Below are positions 10,830 to 21,106 of a stretch of DNA of 64,000 nucleotides, piece after piece. Each line of letters starts with the position of its first letter. Within the stretch, counting starts at the first letter, position 1. Location of the stretch: positions 1,879,849-1,943,848 of the forward strand of contig CBDBLX010000002.1 in NCBI GenBank assembly GCA_965207445.1, written 5' to 3'. The position numbers and the translations under genes are program-made. The notes beneath the pieces were generated by a model, which saw nothing but the letters and a program-made list of their open reading frames with translations, ran no database searches and was not told where the DNA came from. The stretch is from Nitrosopumilus sp. (GTDB taxonomy: Archaea > Thermoproteota > Nitrososphaeria > Nitrososphaerales > Nitrosopumilaceae).

Positions 10830-11626
10830 TCATGTCGGGCCCGTATATCTAATAGCCACATATGTGACCTCTTCAATGTATTTGTCCGGCATTAATCCCG
10901 ATGGACTGAACACTTGCCACTCGAGTACTTTTAATCCAGGATCATTCCAAAAGTTTGAGAATTTATTAAATGGCAGAATTATAAATCCTGATCCACGTGG
11001 CGCATCTAGAGGGGGTTTTAGTTAGTATTCGCCAAGGCTTGTTGAGCTTCCGCCGTAGCTTGCTGAGCTTTCTGGCCTCTTGTCTAAATGTTTGAAGCAG
11101 CCTCCCAGGCTTGTTGAGCTTCCGCCATAGCTTGCTCAGCTTTCTCCAAGGCTTGCGCAACTTCCGTCGCGGCTTGCTCACCATTCGCCACGGCTTGTTT
11201 AGCTTTTGCAGTGAGTTGCTCGGTTTGCTCACCATTCGCCAAGGCTTGCTCAGCTTTCTCCACGGCTTGTTTAGCTTCCGCTTCGAGTTGCTCAGCTTTT
11301 GCAGTGAGTTGCTGAACTTCCGCATGGAGTTGCTGAGCTTTCTCCACGGCTTTCTCAGCATAATGCAGGTTATCTTCGAGTTGTCTTTCAAGTGCAAAGT
11401 CCGCAGGAGTCGGGGGCGTATATCTGATGGCCACATATGTGACGTCCTCAATATCTGTATCCGGTACTAGACCGGATGGACTGAACACTTGCCACTCGAT
11501 TACTTTTGTGTACTTGTCGTTCCAAATTTCTTCCAATTGGCTAAATGGCACAACTACGAATCGTGAACCAAGGAGGGCATCTTGAGTGCATTTCCCAAGG
11601 TGTGATTTTTCTTCTTCGTTACTCAT
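10830..11626 (-). pseudogene. Decayed gene: ~60-aa domain, Ala/Glu/Gln coiled-coil repeats, then a second copy of the domain
   Basis: ORF 11084-11626; the coil continues past the TAG; in another frame LDAPRGSGFIILPF...VLEWQVFSPSGLMPDKYIEEVTYVAIRYTGPT is homologous to the N-terminal domain. Confidence 0.7.
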
Positions 11627-11669
11627 ATATATATATTTAACTTGTTACAAATATATATCTTCGGATTGA

Positions 11670-11969
11670 TCATATTACAGTGTGGGATATGGTCACAGAA
11701 AGGGTTAGAGATTTGCCTGTCGTTATAGAGCGGGTTGGAAATGTCCCCCGGGCGTAACAGATTCCCACTGTTGCGGCAGTATATATGGCCGCTTCGGATA
11801 TGTCCATACTACTGTCGGCGGCTACAAGTCCTAAAAGAACACTTGAGAAATTTGCAGAGTAACGCTCTGATGTGCCAACTATAGTGCCGTTTGCTGCCTG
11901 TCTTATGGGTTCATTTGCGGAATTGTTTATTGTGTTTATAAGATCATTTGAATCTGTGGAAAATACATC
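11670..11969 (-). pseudogene. Phage tail / tail-collar-like structural protein fragment (open frame, no start codon)
   Basis: Manual translation ends DISEAAIYTAATVGICYARGTFPTRSITTGKSLTLSVTISHTVI*, resembling the 'itEagl...g.l.ar..f..i.k..gd.l.i...i' pattern of tail proteins. Confidence 0.5.
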
Positions 11970-12173
11970 TCACAGGAATTATACGCGTCGATAACACTAT
12001 GCGAGGTATTATGATGTAACGTAATTTAAGATATTACTAGTACTCTAAACAAGTGGCAAAAGCAAAGTTAACGTGGTTGAGCATTCATGTTTTCATTGTG
12101 GCGTCTATACAGGGATGTATTTTTATGGACATGCTGATAAAATCAACTCTGCTAGGTTTACATTATAATAGAT

Positions 12174-12958
12174 TCATGCTGAAAAGAGTCGCAACAATTC
12201 TATATTTGGATCTTTGTCTTGAGCTTTCCATGTCATCAAAACGCTTGCAATGATACAGTGTATTTTGGCCCCTTTTATGCCCCAAAACCAAAAACTCGAA
12301 TTCCGTTTGAGTACAAATGGGCGTATTCCTCGCTCGGCTATGTTGTTTGTAAGTGACATCTCAAGGTGACATACTGCAGTAAACAAGTGATCAGTGTAGT
12401 TGAATAAATATCTGCCAGTTAGCTCCTCAGTCTAGTAATTGTTCACCGATAGTTTTCATAAATTTGATGAGTCTGTTTATTTCAGTTGTGGGTGTGTCTG
12501 GTGACAGTGTTTTTGTGTATTGGTATGTGGCCATAATTATACCATACAGGTATGTTGTAATCGAATCTTTTAGCTTTACAGTGTTGATTTTAATCGTGGT
12601 CTTTATGTGCGCCCAGCATAATTGATACGTATCAAAGCAATTGTATGAGGGTGCTGCTGCATCACGTGTCACTTTCAAGTGAGGATGCGGATTGGCTTGT
12701 TTTACATCATTCATTGAGCAGGATGGTAGGGCTTGATATTGAATCCATATTTTGCCACCGATTGTAATTTAGTCTGCCACTCTTTTTGCCAATCTTTATT
12801 GGTGTGTCATCAATATTTCCTGCTGCGCTATTTCCGATCTCTTTGCCTATACGCTCGTACTCGGAGGTAATCTTTGCAGATGCTGCCTTTAATCCTTTTT
12901 GCAAAGTATCGTGAGTGAATTTTTTGTGATTATCGATATCATCGACGAGTTGTTTCAT
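12174..12958 (-). pseudogene. IS66-family transposase remnants (3 fragments)
   Basis: IDDTPIKI; YQLCWAHI; TNNIAERGIRPFVLKR...GA...S...TWK motifs. Confidence 0.85.
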
Positions 12959-13097
12959 TGTGTGAACATTAAATGATGAGCGTATGAGTTTAACAAGAAA
13001 GTGTTTTCCAAGTACCTGATTATAGAATCATGCATATAGTTTATGCTGCCACAATTCGCACACCAATATACACGTGTGAGTGAGTGAGTGAGTGACA

Positions 13098-15149
13098 TCA
13101 TATCACAATAATACCATTTTCCATCATCCATTTTATAGCACCAACAAAGGCATCATCATCGATGAGTCCCTCTGACCACCATTTGGCATTATTTTTAATC
13201 CAATCAGGTATCACAATCTCATCATCAGAATCATAACTTGCATCACTATCAACAATTGTATCAAAAACAGGCAAAACTATAATATTTTCTTGTATCAAAT
13301 ACTCCAAAGACCTTGAAAAAGCAACATCATCAATGAGTCCCTCTGACCACCATTTGGCATTATTTTTAATCCAATCAGGTAATAGTACAACAACTGCATC
13401 ATTAACTGTAATACTACCAGTCATCCACGGATGAAGTGTACAAAAGTACTCAAATATACCAGTATCACCAAACTTGTGACTATATTTACCCCCTTCTGCC
13501 ACAACCGGACTCTCAAACATACCATCAATGCCACCTCTAGTAGTGCCAGATGCAACAGTGTGTGCTTGTACATCTTGATTTATCCACTCAACTATATCAC
13601 CGCGCTGAATTACAATCTCAAATGGCTCAAAACATGAATCATCACGCTCGCATCCAAGTGAAAAAGAACCAAATGCCATATCAACAGTATGTGTCATTGA
13701 TGATTCATCATGTATAGGAACATCGTTAGATGATACATCATTGTTATTGTGATTATCATTATGACCATCAAATACACCCCGAGTTGATTGCCCATCTAGT
13801 GCATCACTTACTTGAAATGCAAACTCACCTGTTGTACCATAACCATTTACATTTGATATCAATACTATTGCAGCACCCATATTATCGAAATTCAGCCGTA
13901 TAGTATCTTTGCCATCAGGTGTTTGACGCGCAGACTCAGAGTATACAGAAACACCATCAAGCAACACATTCACATCATATGTGACCAGAGGAATCACAAT
14001 ACCAGTGACTGGATCACGAAACTCAATGCTCAACAACACGTCTTGCTCAGGATGTATTTTGCCTGCAGGTGACAATGTCACATAAAATTTCCAGTCCTCT
14101 TGACTAGACAATATACTCAATGTATCACCTGCTTCCAAAGATGCATCTTGTTTTTCTTTGTGACGCTCCTTGCCAGATTTTATCTCAAATGTCATCTTAT
14201 CCTCATCATCAGAAATCTGCTCTAGCATATCAAGTAGTTTTGATGAGGATATCAAAAAATGAACAACAATCTGATCATCACCAGACCTATCCACAGTGCC
14301 AAAGTACGGCATATCATTGACTGCAAGCAAGATATCATGGTTCTCAAACAACAGTACAGTTTTTGGAATATAATATTCAGCATGAACAAATGGTATTGAT
14401 TCGATATATTGTGCATCCCACTCAAAGGGCATTGTTGCAGTGACGCTTTTTTGCTGTGTATTGAAATTAAACTCGTCTATTTTATCCAAATATGTAGCAA
14501 AGACAAGATCATGCACCACATCATCATATGTAATGGAAAATGGGATAAATTCGCCCATACTAAATGATATCACAAACTGCACAGGCTCATCAACTACCAC
14601 ACCCTCAATTGATCTTATGGTAATTGTAACATCATATAACCCACCTTTTAAAAAGACAGGCGCCATTGCCACAAGAGGAGAGTGAGGCTCTGCAATCCAT
14701 GCATTTGAATTTGTTATATTTCCTACGAGGTCAGACGTATCATCATGCACAAATATGATAACAGAAGTATCAGCACCAGAATATACATCTGCCTCAAACA
14801 GCACATCTGAATCATCTTTGATCTCAAGTGTATACTCTACATCATGTATAGGCACACCGCCACCGCCGCCACCGCCACCACCGTCACCAGCATCAGCATC
14901 TATAACCTGAATTGACATTGTGACATTTTGCACATTATCATGCAATATTGGCGGATCAGTTGTAATCTGTGCAGATATATATCTATCACCTGCCCATACT
15001 AAATCACCTGTTGCAGAACCAGAGCCGCCAGCATACACAGACGTCACAGCACCAATAGTACATATCATCACCACAGACAAGATTACAAATGCGTGTAATC
15101 TCAATACATTATCACCACCATACATCATAATACAATGGTCTAAAAACAA
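13098..15149 (-). CDS. Secreted blue (type 1) copper / cupredoxin-domain protein with thaumarchaeal C-terminal 'PDWIKNNAKWWSEG' repeats
   Basis: N-terminal hydrophobic signal; HTV...YFCTLHPWMTG copper ligands; two PDWIKNNAKWWSEGLIDD repeats. Confidence 0.88.
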   Translation of the reverse strand: MFLDHCIMMYGGDNVLRLHAFVILSVVMICTIGAVTSVYAGGSGSATGDLVWAGDRYISAQITTDPPILHDNVQNVTMSIQVIDADAGDGGGGGGGGGVPIHDVEYTLEIKDDSDVLFEADVYSGADTSVIIFVHDDTSDLVGNITNSNAWIAEPHSPLVAMAPVFLKGGLYDVTITIRSIEGVVVDEPVQFVISFSMGEFIPFSITYDDVVHDLVFATYLDKIDEFNFNTQQKSVTATMPFEWDAQYIESIPFVHAEYYIPKTVLLFENHDILLAVNDMPYFGTVDRSGDDQIVVHFLISSSKLLDMLEQISDDEDKMTFEIKSGKERHKEKQDASLEAGDTLSILSSQEDWKFYVTLSPAGKIHPEQDVLLSIEFRDPVTGIVIPLVTYDVNVLLDGVSVYSESARQTPDGKDTIRLNFDNMGAAIVLISNVNGYGTTGEFAFQVSDALDGQSTRGVFDGHNDNHNNNDVSSNDVPIHDESSMTHTVDMAFGSFSLGCERDDSCFEPFEIVIQRGDIVEWINQDVQAHTVASGTTRGGIDGMFESPVVAEGGKYSHKFGDTGIFEYFCTLHPWMTGSITVNDAVVVLLPDWIKNNAKWWSEGLIDDVAFSRSLEYLIQENIIVLPVFDTIVDSDASYDSDDEIVIPDWIKNNAKWWSEGLIDDDAFVGAIKWMMENGIIVI

Positions 15150-15351
15150 TATATGTTTAGTTGATAGTCAGACGATCATTACAATACATAAACAATCAAA
15201 CACGCAGGAAAGGCAGCACATATCTGACAATCGATCATCGTACAGTACATAAATCTCATTATTTTATTTTATTCATTTATAAAAAATATCATAGCAAACA
15301 ACACAAACACAAAAACACATAATAGATAAATGGCAATAAAACCATCAATTC

Positions 15352-16038
15352 ATGGCTGAAATTAGCATAGTAAGATACACACACAATGGAGAAAAATTTG
15401 AGATTTTAGTCAAACCAGATGCTGCACTAGATTACAAACTTGGAAAGAGTACCAATTATACTGCTACGATGGTGTCAGATGATATATACGCTGACTCTGG
15501 AAAAGGTACCAAGCCATCTACTGAAAAGATGCAAAAGGCATTTGGAACAACTGATACCATAAAGGCAGCTAAAATCATACTAGATAGGGGTGAGTTAAAC
15601 CTTACAACTGATCAAAGAAGAAAGATGATAGAAGAAAAGAGAAAACAAATAGTACAGTATATAGTAAAAACTTACGTAGATCCCAAGACTCATCTACCAC
15701 ACCCACCCATACGCATAGAGCAAGCAATAAAAGACAGCAGAGTGTCAATAGACCCACAAAAGGGCGCACAACTGCAAGCAAAAGATATCATCGAAAAACT
15801 GCGATCCATAATCGCACTAAAATCAGAAAATGTAGAGTTGCAAATCACGATACCAGCACAATACGCATCAAAATCATACGCGATACTAAAATCAGCAGGA
15901 ACTCTAAAGAATGAACAGTGGCAAAACGACGGTTCACTAAAAGCAATACTAGAAATACCAGCAGGGGCAAGGCCATCTGTGATAGATAGACTAGGTTCTG
16001 CAACTCGGGGTTCTGCAGGAGTAGAGGTGGTAAAATAA
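15352..16038 (+). CDS. Ribosome maturation factor SBDS/Sdo1
   Basis: GEKFEILV, LTTDQRRKMIEEKRKQIV and DPKTHLPHPP motifs. Confidence 0.95.
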   Translation: MAEISIVRYTHNGEKFEILVKPDAALDYKLGKSTNYTATMVSDDIYADSGKGTKPSTEKMQKAFGTTDTIKAAKIILDRGELNLTTDQRRKMIEEKRKQIVQYIVKTYVDPKTHLPHPPIRIEQAIKDSRVSIDPQKGAQLQAKDIIEKLRSIIALKSENVELQITIPAQYASKSYAILKSAGTLKNEQWQNDGSLKAILEIPAGARPSVIDRLGSATRGSAGVEVVK

Positions 16039-16940
16039 TGAATTCAAGAAAAAAATATGTAATACCCGGTGATGTTATAACGACTGGGCCCTATCGTCCA
16101 GAGCAAAATGTTGCACTAGTAGATGGAAAAAAGATCGTATCGACTGCAGTAGGCGTGACTGAGATATTTGATGATTCTGTTAGAGTAATTCCACTTGCAG
16201 GCAAGTACATTCCAAAAATAAATGATCTTGTAGTTGGCATGATCGTATCGCACACATCATTGTCATGGGAGCTTGATATCAACTCACACTATGTAGGATT
16301 TTTACCTGCATCCGATGTGTTTGGTCGTGACTTTTCAGCACATGCCGATGAGTTGGCAACGAAATTAAAACGAGGTGATTTGGTAGCTGCAAGAATTGCA
16401 AACTTTGATCGAACACGTGACCCACTTGTGACCATATCAGATAGAGACTTGGGCAAGATTGAGTCAGGTGAGTTGGTAAAGATGTCACCTAACAAAGTAC
16501 CCAGACTGATCGGTAAACGAGGAAGTATGATACAGGTAATAGAGTCTGCAACTAATGCCGTAATTACCATTGGTATGAATGGATGGATCATAGTTGCATG
16601 TGACGATACAGATGGATTATTAAAGGCAAAAAAAGCAATTAAAATGGTGGATGATATGACACTTACACTAAATCTGACAGAACAAGTAAAAGAGATGTTA
16701 GAGCAAGATAATAGTACAAAAACCACAACGACCACAACAACAACAGCCACAGGAACGGAGGATAAAGTCGGTACTGGTATACTAAATGATGCAGAAGATT
16801 TGACAAAAACCACAACGACCACAACAACAGCCACAGGAACGGAGGACGAAGTTGGTACTGGTATACTAAATGATACAGTAGATTTGACAAAAACCACAAC
16901 GACCACAACAACAGCCACAGGAACGGAGGACGAAGAGTAA
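16038..16940 (+). CDS. rrp4: Exosome RNA-binding cap subunit Rrp4 with a Thr-rich repeated C-terminal tail
   Basis: VIPGD and YIPKINDLVVG motifs; KH motif VPRLIGKRGSMI. Confidence 0.95.
   Translation: MNSRKKYVIPGDVITTGPYRPEQNVALVDGKKIVSTAVGVTEIFDDSVRVIPLAGKYIPKINDLVVGMIVSHTSLSWELDINSHYVGFLPASDVFGRDFSAHADELATKLKRGDLVAARIANFDRTRDPLVTISDRDLGKIESGELVKMSPNKVPRLIGKRGSMIQVIESATNAVITIGMNGWIIVACDDTDGLLKAKKAIKMVDDMTLTLNLTEQVKEMLEQDNSTKTTTTTTTTATGTEDKVGTGILNDAEDLTKTTTTTTTATGTEDEVGTGILNDTVDLTKTTTTTTTATGTEDEE
16716..16937 (+). repeat. ~84-87-bp intragenic tandem repeat, about 2.6 copies (TKTTTTTTTATGTEDEVGTGILNDxxDL)
   Basis: Visible in both DNA and protein. Confidence 0.9.
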
Positions 16941-17674
16941 TGGGCGGCCGAGAAGCTACAATGGTACTCTTAGATGAGAACGGGATACGTTGTGATGGCC
17001 GCAAGATAGATGAGACAAGGCGTGTAATGATAAAGGCAGGAGGTCTAAAGAATGCAGACGGTTCTGCATATATTGAGTTTGGAGACAACAAGATAGTAGT
17101 AGGTGTGTATGGTCCAAGAGATGTCCATCCAAAACACATGTCAGATACTGATACTGGCATACTGCGTGTAAGATATCACATGGAGCCGTTCTCAGTAGGG
17201 GATAGAAAGAATCCAGCACCATCCAGACGAGAGATCGAGATATCCAAAGTAATCAAAGAGGCACTAGAGCCTGCTGTAATGTTAAGTGACTATCCAAGAA
17301 CAGTAGTCGAGGTGTTCATAGAAGTACTACAAGCAGACGGTGGCACTAGATGTGCAGCACTATCTGCAGCATCAGTGGCACTAGCAGATGCAGGAATTCC
17401 AATGAGAGATATGGTAGCAGCATGTGCATCAGGCAAGGCAGCAGATACGATAATACTAGATGTAAATAATGAAGAGGATCAAGCAGGTCAGGCAGATATG
17501 CCAATAGGGTATATGCCAAACCTTGAAAAAGTCACACTGTTGCAGCTCGACGGCATACTAACACCAGAAGAGTATGAGCAGTGTTTGGATATTGGTATAA
17601 AGGGATGCAAGCAGGTATACGAGTTGCAAAAAAAGGCATTACATGAGAAATACTTTGTAAATGGTGAGGAATAG
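16940..17674 (+). CDS. rrp41: Exosome complex exonuclease Rrp41
   Basis: ADGSAYIEFG, VYGPR and EVLQADGGTRCA motifs. Confidence 0.97.
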   Translation: MGGREATMVLLDENGIRCDGRKIDETRRVMIKAGGLKNADGSAYIEFGDNKIVVGVYGPRDVHPKHMSDTDTGILRVRYHMEPFSVGDRKNPAPSRREIEISKVIKEALEPAVMLSDYPRTVVEVFIEVLQADGGTRCAALSAASVALADAGIPMRDMVAACASGKAADTIILDVNNEEDQAGQADMPIGYMPNLEKVTLLQLDGILTPEEYEQCLDIGIKGCKQVYELQKKALHEKYFVNGEE

Positions 17675-18491
17675 AATGGCAGATATGATCAGCACACTTA
17701 AAAAAGAAAAAATTGTTGAGATCCTATCACAAGGCAAAAGAATAGATGGTAGAGCATTAGATGAGTTCAGAGAGATATCAATTCAGACAAATGCAATCCC
17801 AAAGGCAAATGGTTCTGCACGTGTTAGAATTGGAGACACAGAAGTAGTGTGCGGGGTCAAAGTGCAGCCAGACAGACCATTCCCAGATGCAGGCGACAAG
17901 GGAGTATTCATATGTACAGCAGAGTTATTGCCACTATCACACCCATCAGTTGAGACAGGTCCTCCGGGTCCTGATGTAATAGAGCTTGCAAGAGTAGTGG
18001 ATAGAGGTATTCGTGAGAGTCACATGATAGATACAAGTCAACTAGTAATTGAAGAATCAAAGTCAGTAGTCGGAGTATTTACAGACAATGTAGTTGTGGA
18101 TTATGATGGGAACTTGTTTGATGCATGCTCTTATGCTGCAACTGCATCACTGCTCACAACTACAATGCCAAAATGGGAATTCAAAGATGAAAGACCAACT
18201 CTAATAGAAGGACACACATCAAAGTTGCCCACAGGTACAATACCAGTCTCAGTTACGATGGGACGTATTGGAGAACACATACTAGTTGACCCCAATGGTG
18301 ATGAATGGGCATGTATGGATGCTAGAATCACGATAACTACCAACTCTGATGGTAATATATGCGCACTTCAAAAAGGGGGACATGATGGATTTACAATAGA
18401 GCAAATCAAAGAGTGCGGTAAGACATCGGCAAGAATCGGCGCAAAGATAAGAGAACAGTTCCAAGAGATAAAACAAAAGAGTGACGATTAA
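17661..18491 (+). CDS. rrp42: Exosome complex subunit Rrp42
   Basis: GKRIDGR, ANGSARVRIGDT and ELARVVDRGIRES motifs. Confidence 0.96.
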   Translation: MVRNRMADMISTLKKEKIVEILSQGKRIDGRALDEFREISIQTNAIPKANGSARVRIGDTEVVCGVKVQPDRPFPDAGDKGVFICTAELLPLSHPSVETGPPGPDVIELARVVDRGIRESHMIDTSQLVIEESKSVVGVFTDNVVVDYDGNLFDACSYAATASLLTTTMPKWEFKDERPTLIEGHTSKLPTGTIPVSVTMGRIGEHILVDPNGDEWACMDARITITTNSDGNICALQKGGHDGFTIEQIKECGKTSARIGAKIREQFQEIKQKSDD

Positions 18492-18703
18492 TGGCAAAAA
18501 AGAAAAAGTCCCTCAAAGGGCTCGGTGCCAGATATGGCATAAAGATACGAAAGCAGTACACAAAGGTGCACTTTCAGTTAAAACAAAAGAGAGCGTGTCC
18601 TGAGTGCGGCTCTAAAGCATTTGGTAGAGACGCAGTAGGAATATGGTCATGTAAAAAATGTGGATTCAAGATTGCCGGAACCGCGTACGATGTCAAAATA
18701 TGA
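18491..18703 (+). CDS. rpl37ae: 50S ribosomal protein L37Ae (eL43)
   Basis: GARYG, CPECG, GIWSCKKCG and AGTAY motifs. Confidence 0.95.
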   Translation: MAKKKKSLKGLGARYGIKIRKQYTKVHFQLKQKRACPECGSKAFGRDAVGIWSCKKCGFKIAGTAYDVKI

Positions 18704-18947
18704 TGCTACTATTATAGTAGAGATTAGAGACAAAGAGGTAACATCTGCAATATATGATTCTATTGCCACTGATGAATTGTTTTATCCTGAAAATCCAGTC
18801 AATACAAAAATTATGATCACAGAAAACAAAAAAATTACAATAGAGGCAGAGTCAGATAATATTGCACACTTGCGAGCCAATCTAAATTCTACATTGAGAC
18901 TAGTACAAGCATGTCACGCATCAATATTAGAGTCGATGGCAGATTAG
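18690..18947 (+). CDS. pcc1: KEOPS complex subunit Pcc1
   Basis: HLRANLNSTLRL motif; position between rpl37ae and pfdB; start set at ATG 18690. Confidence 0.85.
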   Translation: MSKYDATIIVEIRDKEVTSAIYDSIATDELFYPENPVNTKIMITENKKITIEAESDNIAHLRANLNSTLRLVQACHASILESMAD

Positions 18948-19058
18948 GATATGGTGTATATTGAGTACGGTTCGGGGTTTTAACCTTGATGCGGAGATGA
19001 AATGATTCAAGATATGCATAATCGGTAGGGATATAATGTACAATGTAGGCGTGTCAGT

Positions 19059-19526
19059 ATGTCTTCAATGGGCGCTCCACAAGTACCACCATGGCTACAA
19101 GAAAAGATAGTAGCATTTCAAAAAACACAACAAGAACTACAAACAATAGCAATACAAAAACAACAGTTAGAAGTAGAAAGAATTAACATAGCAAGAACAC
19201 TTGAAGAATTAAAAAAAGCAGATGAGAATGAAGATGTCTTTAAGATTTCAGGAAGTGTAATGATCAAAACTACAAAAACAGACACCGTATCAGATTTAGA
19301 AGAGAAATTAGAGCTTGGAAAGACTCGCACAACCATAATAGAAAAACAAGAAACGCGATTACAAGAATCACTAAAAGAGCAAGAGATGGAAATTACAAGG
19401 GCGATGAAGGGAGGGGGAGCAGGTGCACCACCGACATCGTCATCAACTACACCACCACCACCAGCAGCAGCGCAATCAACTACACCACCACCGACATCGT
19501 CATCACCACAATCACCGCAGATATAA
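19059..19526 (+). CDS. pfdB: Prefoldin beta subunit with Pro/Thr/Ser C-terminal extension
   Basis: Coiled coils flanking VFKISGSVMIK; operon context. Confidence 0.93.
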   Translation: MSSMGAPQVPPWLQEKIVAFQKTQQELQTIAIQKQQLEVERINIARTLEELKKADENEDVFKISGSVMIKTTKTDTVSDLEEKLELGKTRTTIIEKQETRLQESLKEQEMEITRAMKGGGAGAPPTSSSTTPPPPAAAQSTTPPPTSSSPQSPQI

Positions 19527-19785
19527 CATATACAGAATATACTTACATTTTTAATTTACATTTAGATATCATATTCATATATTATATTCAGATATCATAT
19601 TCAAACATCAAACGCATCATAATCAAATTTACAAAATAAATTTTTATAATAAATCATAATAGACACTAGTACAAGATCTACAGACAAAATATAACATTAG
19701 ACAAAATACAACAATATAAAATAAAATAATATAAAATACAATCAGAATATCAAAAGCATATAATGATACAACATTACAAAAAAAC

Positions 19786-20469
19786 ATGAAATCAATACGA
19801 ATTGTAGCAGATGACAGAGAGCGTAAAAGTGGAATACCACAACTATTACAAACAATAGGAATGGATGTAGAGATAAAGACACTTGTCATAGGAGATTACA
19901 TTGTGGCCCCTGAGACAGTAATTGAAAGAAAGTCAGTACGCGATCTCGTATCATCTATATTTGATGGTAGATTATTTGACCAATGCACCAGACTAAAGGA
20001 TAACTTTGAGAGACCAGCAATACTAGTTGAGGGTAACCTAGATGAATTAGATGAGATAACAGAAAACCCACTGATATTTTATGGTGCCATATCCACAGTT
20101 GTCATGGAGTTTGGCATACCAGTCATACCCACTCCAAGCGCAACACATACTGCAAAACTACTCAGTGTAATGGCATCAAAGAAAGAGAACTCAACAAAGG
20201 GCCCATATATTAAAAAAGTACGAAAAAGCGCAGACGTTCAACAACAGCAGATAACCATACTGTGTAGTTTACCAGGTGTTGGGGAAAAGTTTGCAATCCG
20301 TATGCTTGAAAAGTTCAAAACGCCGCTAAGGGCACTTTGTGCTACCAATGCAGAGCTCTTAAAGATAGAAGGTATGGGAGAATCAAGGGCAAAACGTATC
20401 AGAGATATGCTAAATAAAACAACAAAAGATGCAGATGATAAAAAAGATGATACACAAACAAAACTGTAA
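19786..20469 (+). CDS. xpf: XPF/ERCC4-type structure-specific nuclease (short form with HhH)
   Basis: GDY, IERKS and DGRLFDQ motifs; LPGVG HhH. Confidence 0.92.
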   Translation: MKSIRIVADDRERKSGIPQLLQTIGMDVEIKTLVIGDYIVAPETVIERKSVRDLVSSIFDGRLFDQCTRLKDNFERPAILVEGNLDELDEITENPLIFYGAISTVVMEFGIPVIPTPSATHTAKLLSVMASKKENSTKGPYIKKVRKSADVQQQQITILCSLPGVGEKFAIRMLEKFKTPLRALCATNAELLKIEGMGESRAKRIRDMLNKTTKDADDKKDDTQTKL

Positions 20470-20476
20470 GAATAAA

Positions 20477-21106
20477 TTATTGATCATTTTTTATCGTACG
20501 TCGATTCAATGCAGAACCACACAATTCACACGTGATAATTTTTTTTGATGTATTTTTGAGTTTTTTGGATTTTTTGTAAATATGTTTGTTTTTTTTATGC
20601 AATGTCATATCAGTGTACACACGATACATATCACGAGTAGAAAGTACATAACCACATCCAGAACAATAATACTGCCATCTGTAAAATCGTTTAATTCCAC
20701 GAGTCATTATTGATACGGTATTCATTTTTAATTGGCGCATGACATTTAACATTGCAAAGTCATCAGATACCAATGTAAAACGAGTTTGAATGCACAGTGC
20801 AATTGCAGATATATCAGGTTCAGATAAATTTGGCAAGTCACCAGTAAAAAGGGCAGCTTTGTATGTTTGGTTGATATATTCAGGTTCAGGTGATTGTATC
20901 AAAAGTCTGCCTGTTTCAATTAGTATTGTAATTGCATCATGATCTTTTTTGATGTGAGATATTTCATCATAGATTGATTGACTAGTCACATATTTGATAT
21001 CAGGTGACAACTCATATGATTTGTCAGTAGATTTGATATTGGCAGTCCCAAATGGTACACCAGCATAAAATGCACCTGCATCAAGAACCATTATTTTAGA
21101 ATCCAA
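20477..21106 (-). CDS. nob1: Nob1-like PIN-domain endonuclease
   Basis: VLDAGAF and TGDLPNLSEPD...SDDFAMLNV motifs; CSGC and CELCG zinc ribbon. Confidence 0.88.
   Translation of the reverse strand: MDSKIMVLDAGAFYAGVPFGTANIKSTDKSYELSPDIKYVTSQSIYDEISHIKKDHDAITILIETGRLLIQSPEPEYINQTYKAALFTGDLPNLSEPDISAIALCIQTRFTLVSDDFAMLNVMRQLKMNTVSIMTRGIKRFYRWQYYCSGCGYVLSTRDMYRVYTDMTLHKKNKHIYKKSKKLKNTSKKIITCELCGSALNRRTIKNDQ

Noticed and set aside
10966..11470. Overlapping K/R-rich 161-aa and Leu-rich 119-aa ORFs
   Set aside because: Alternative frames of the coiled-coil repeat
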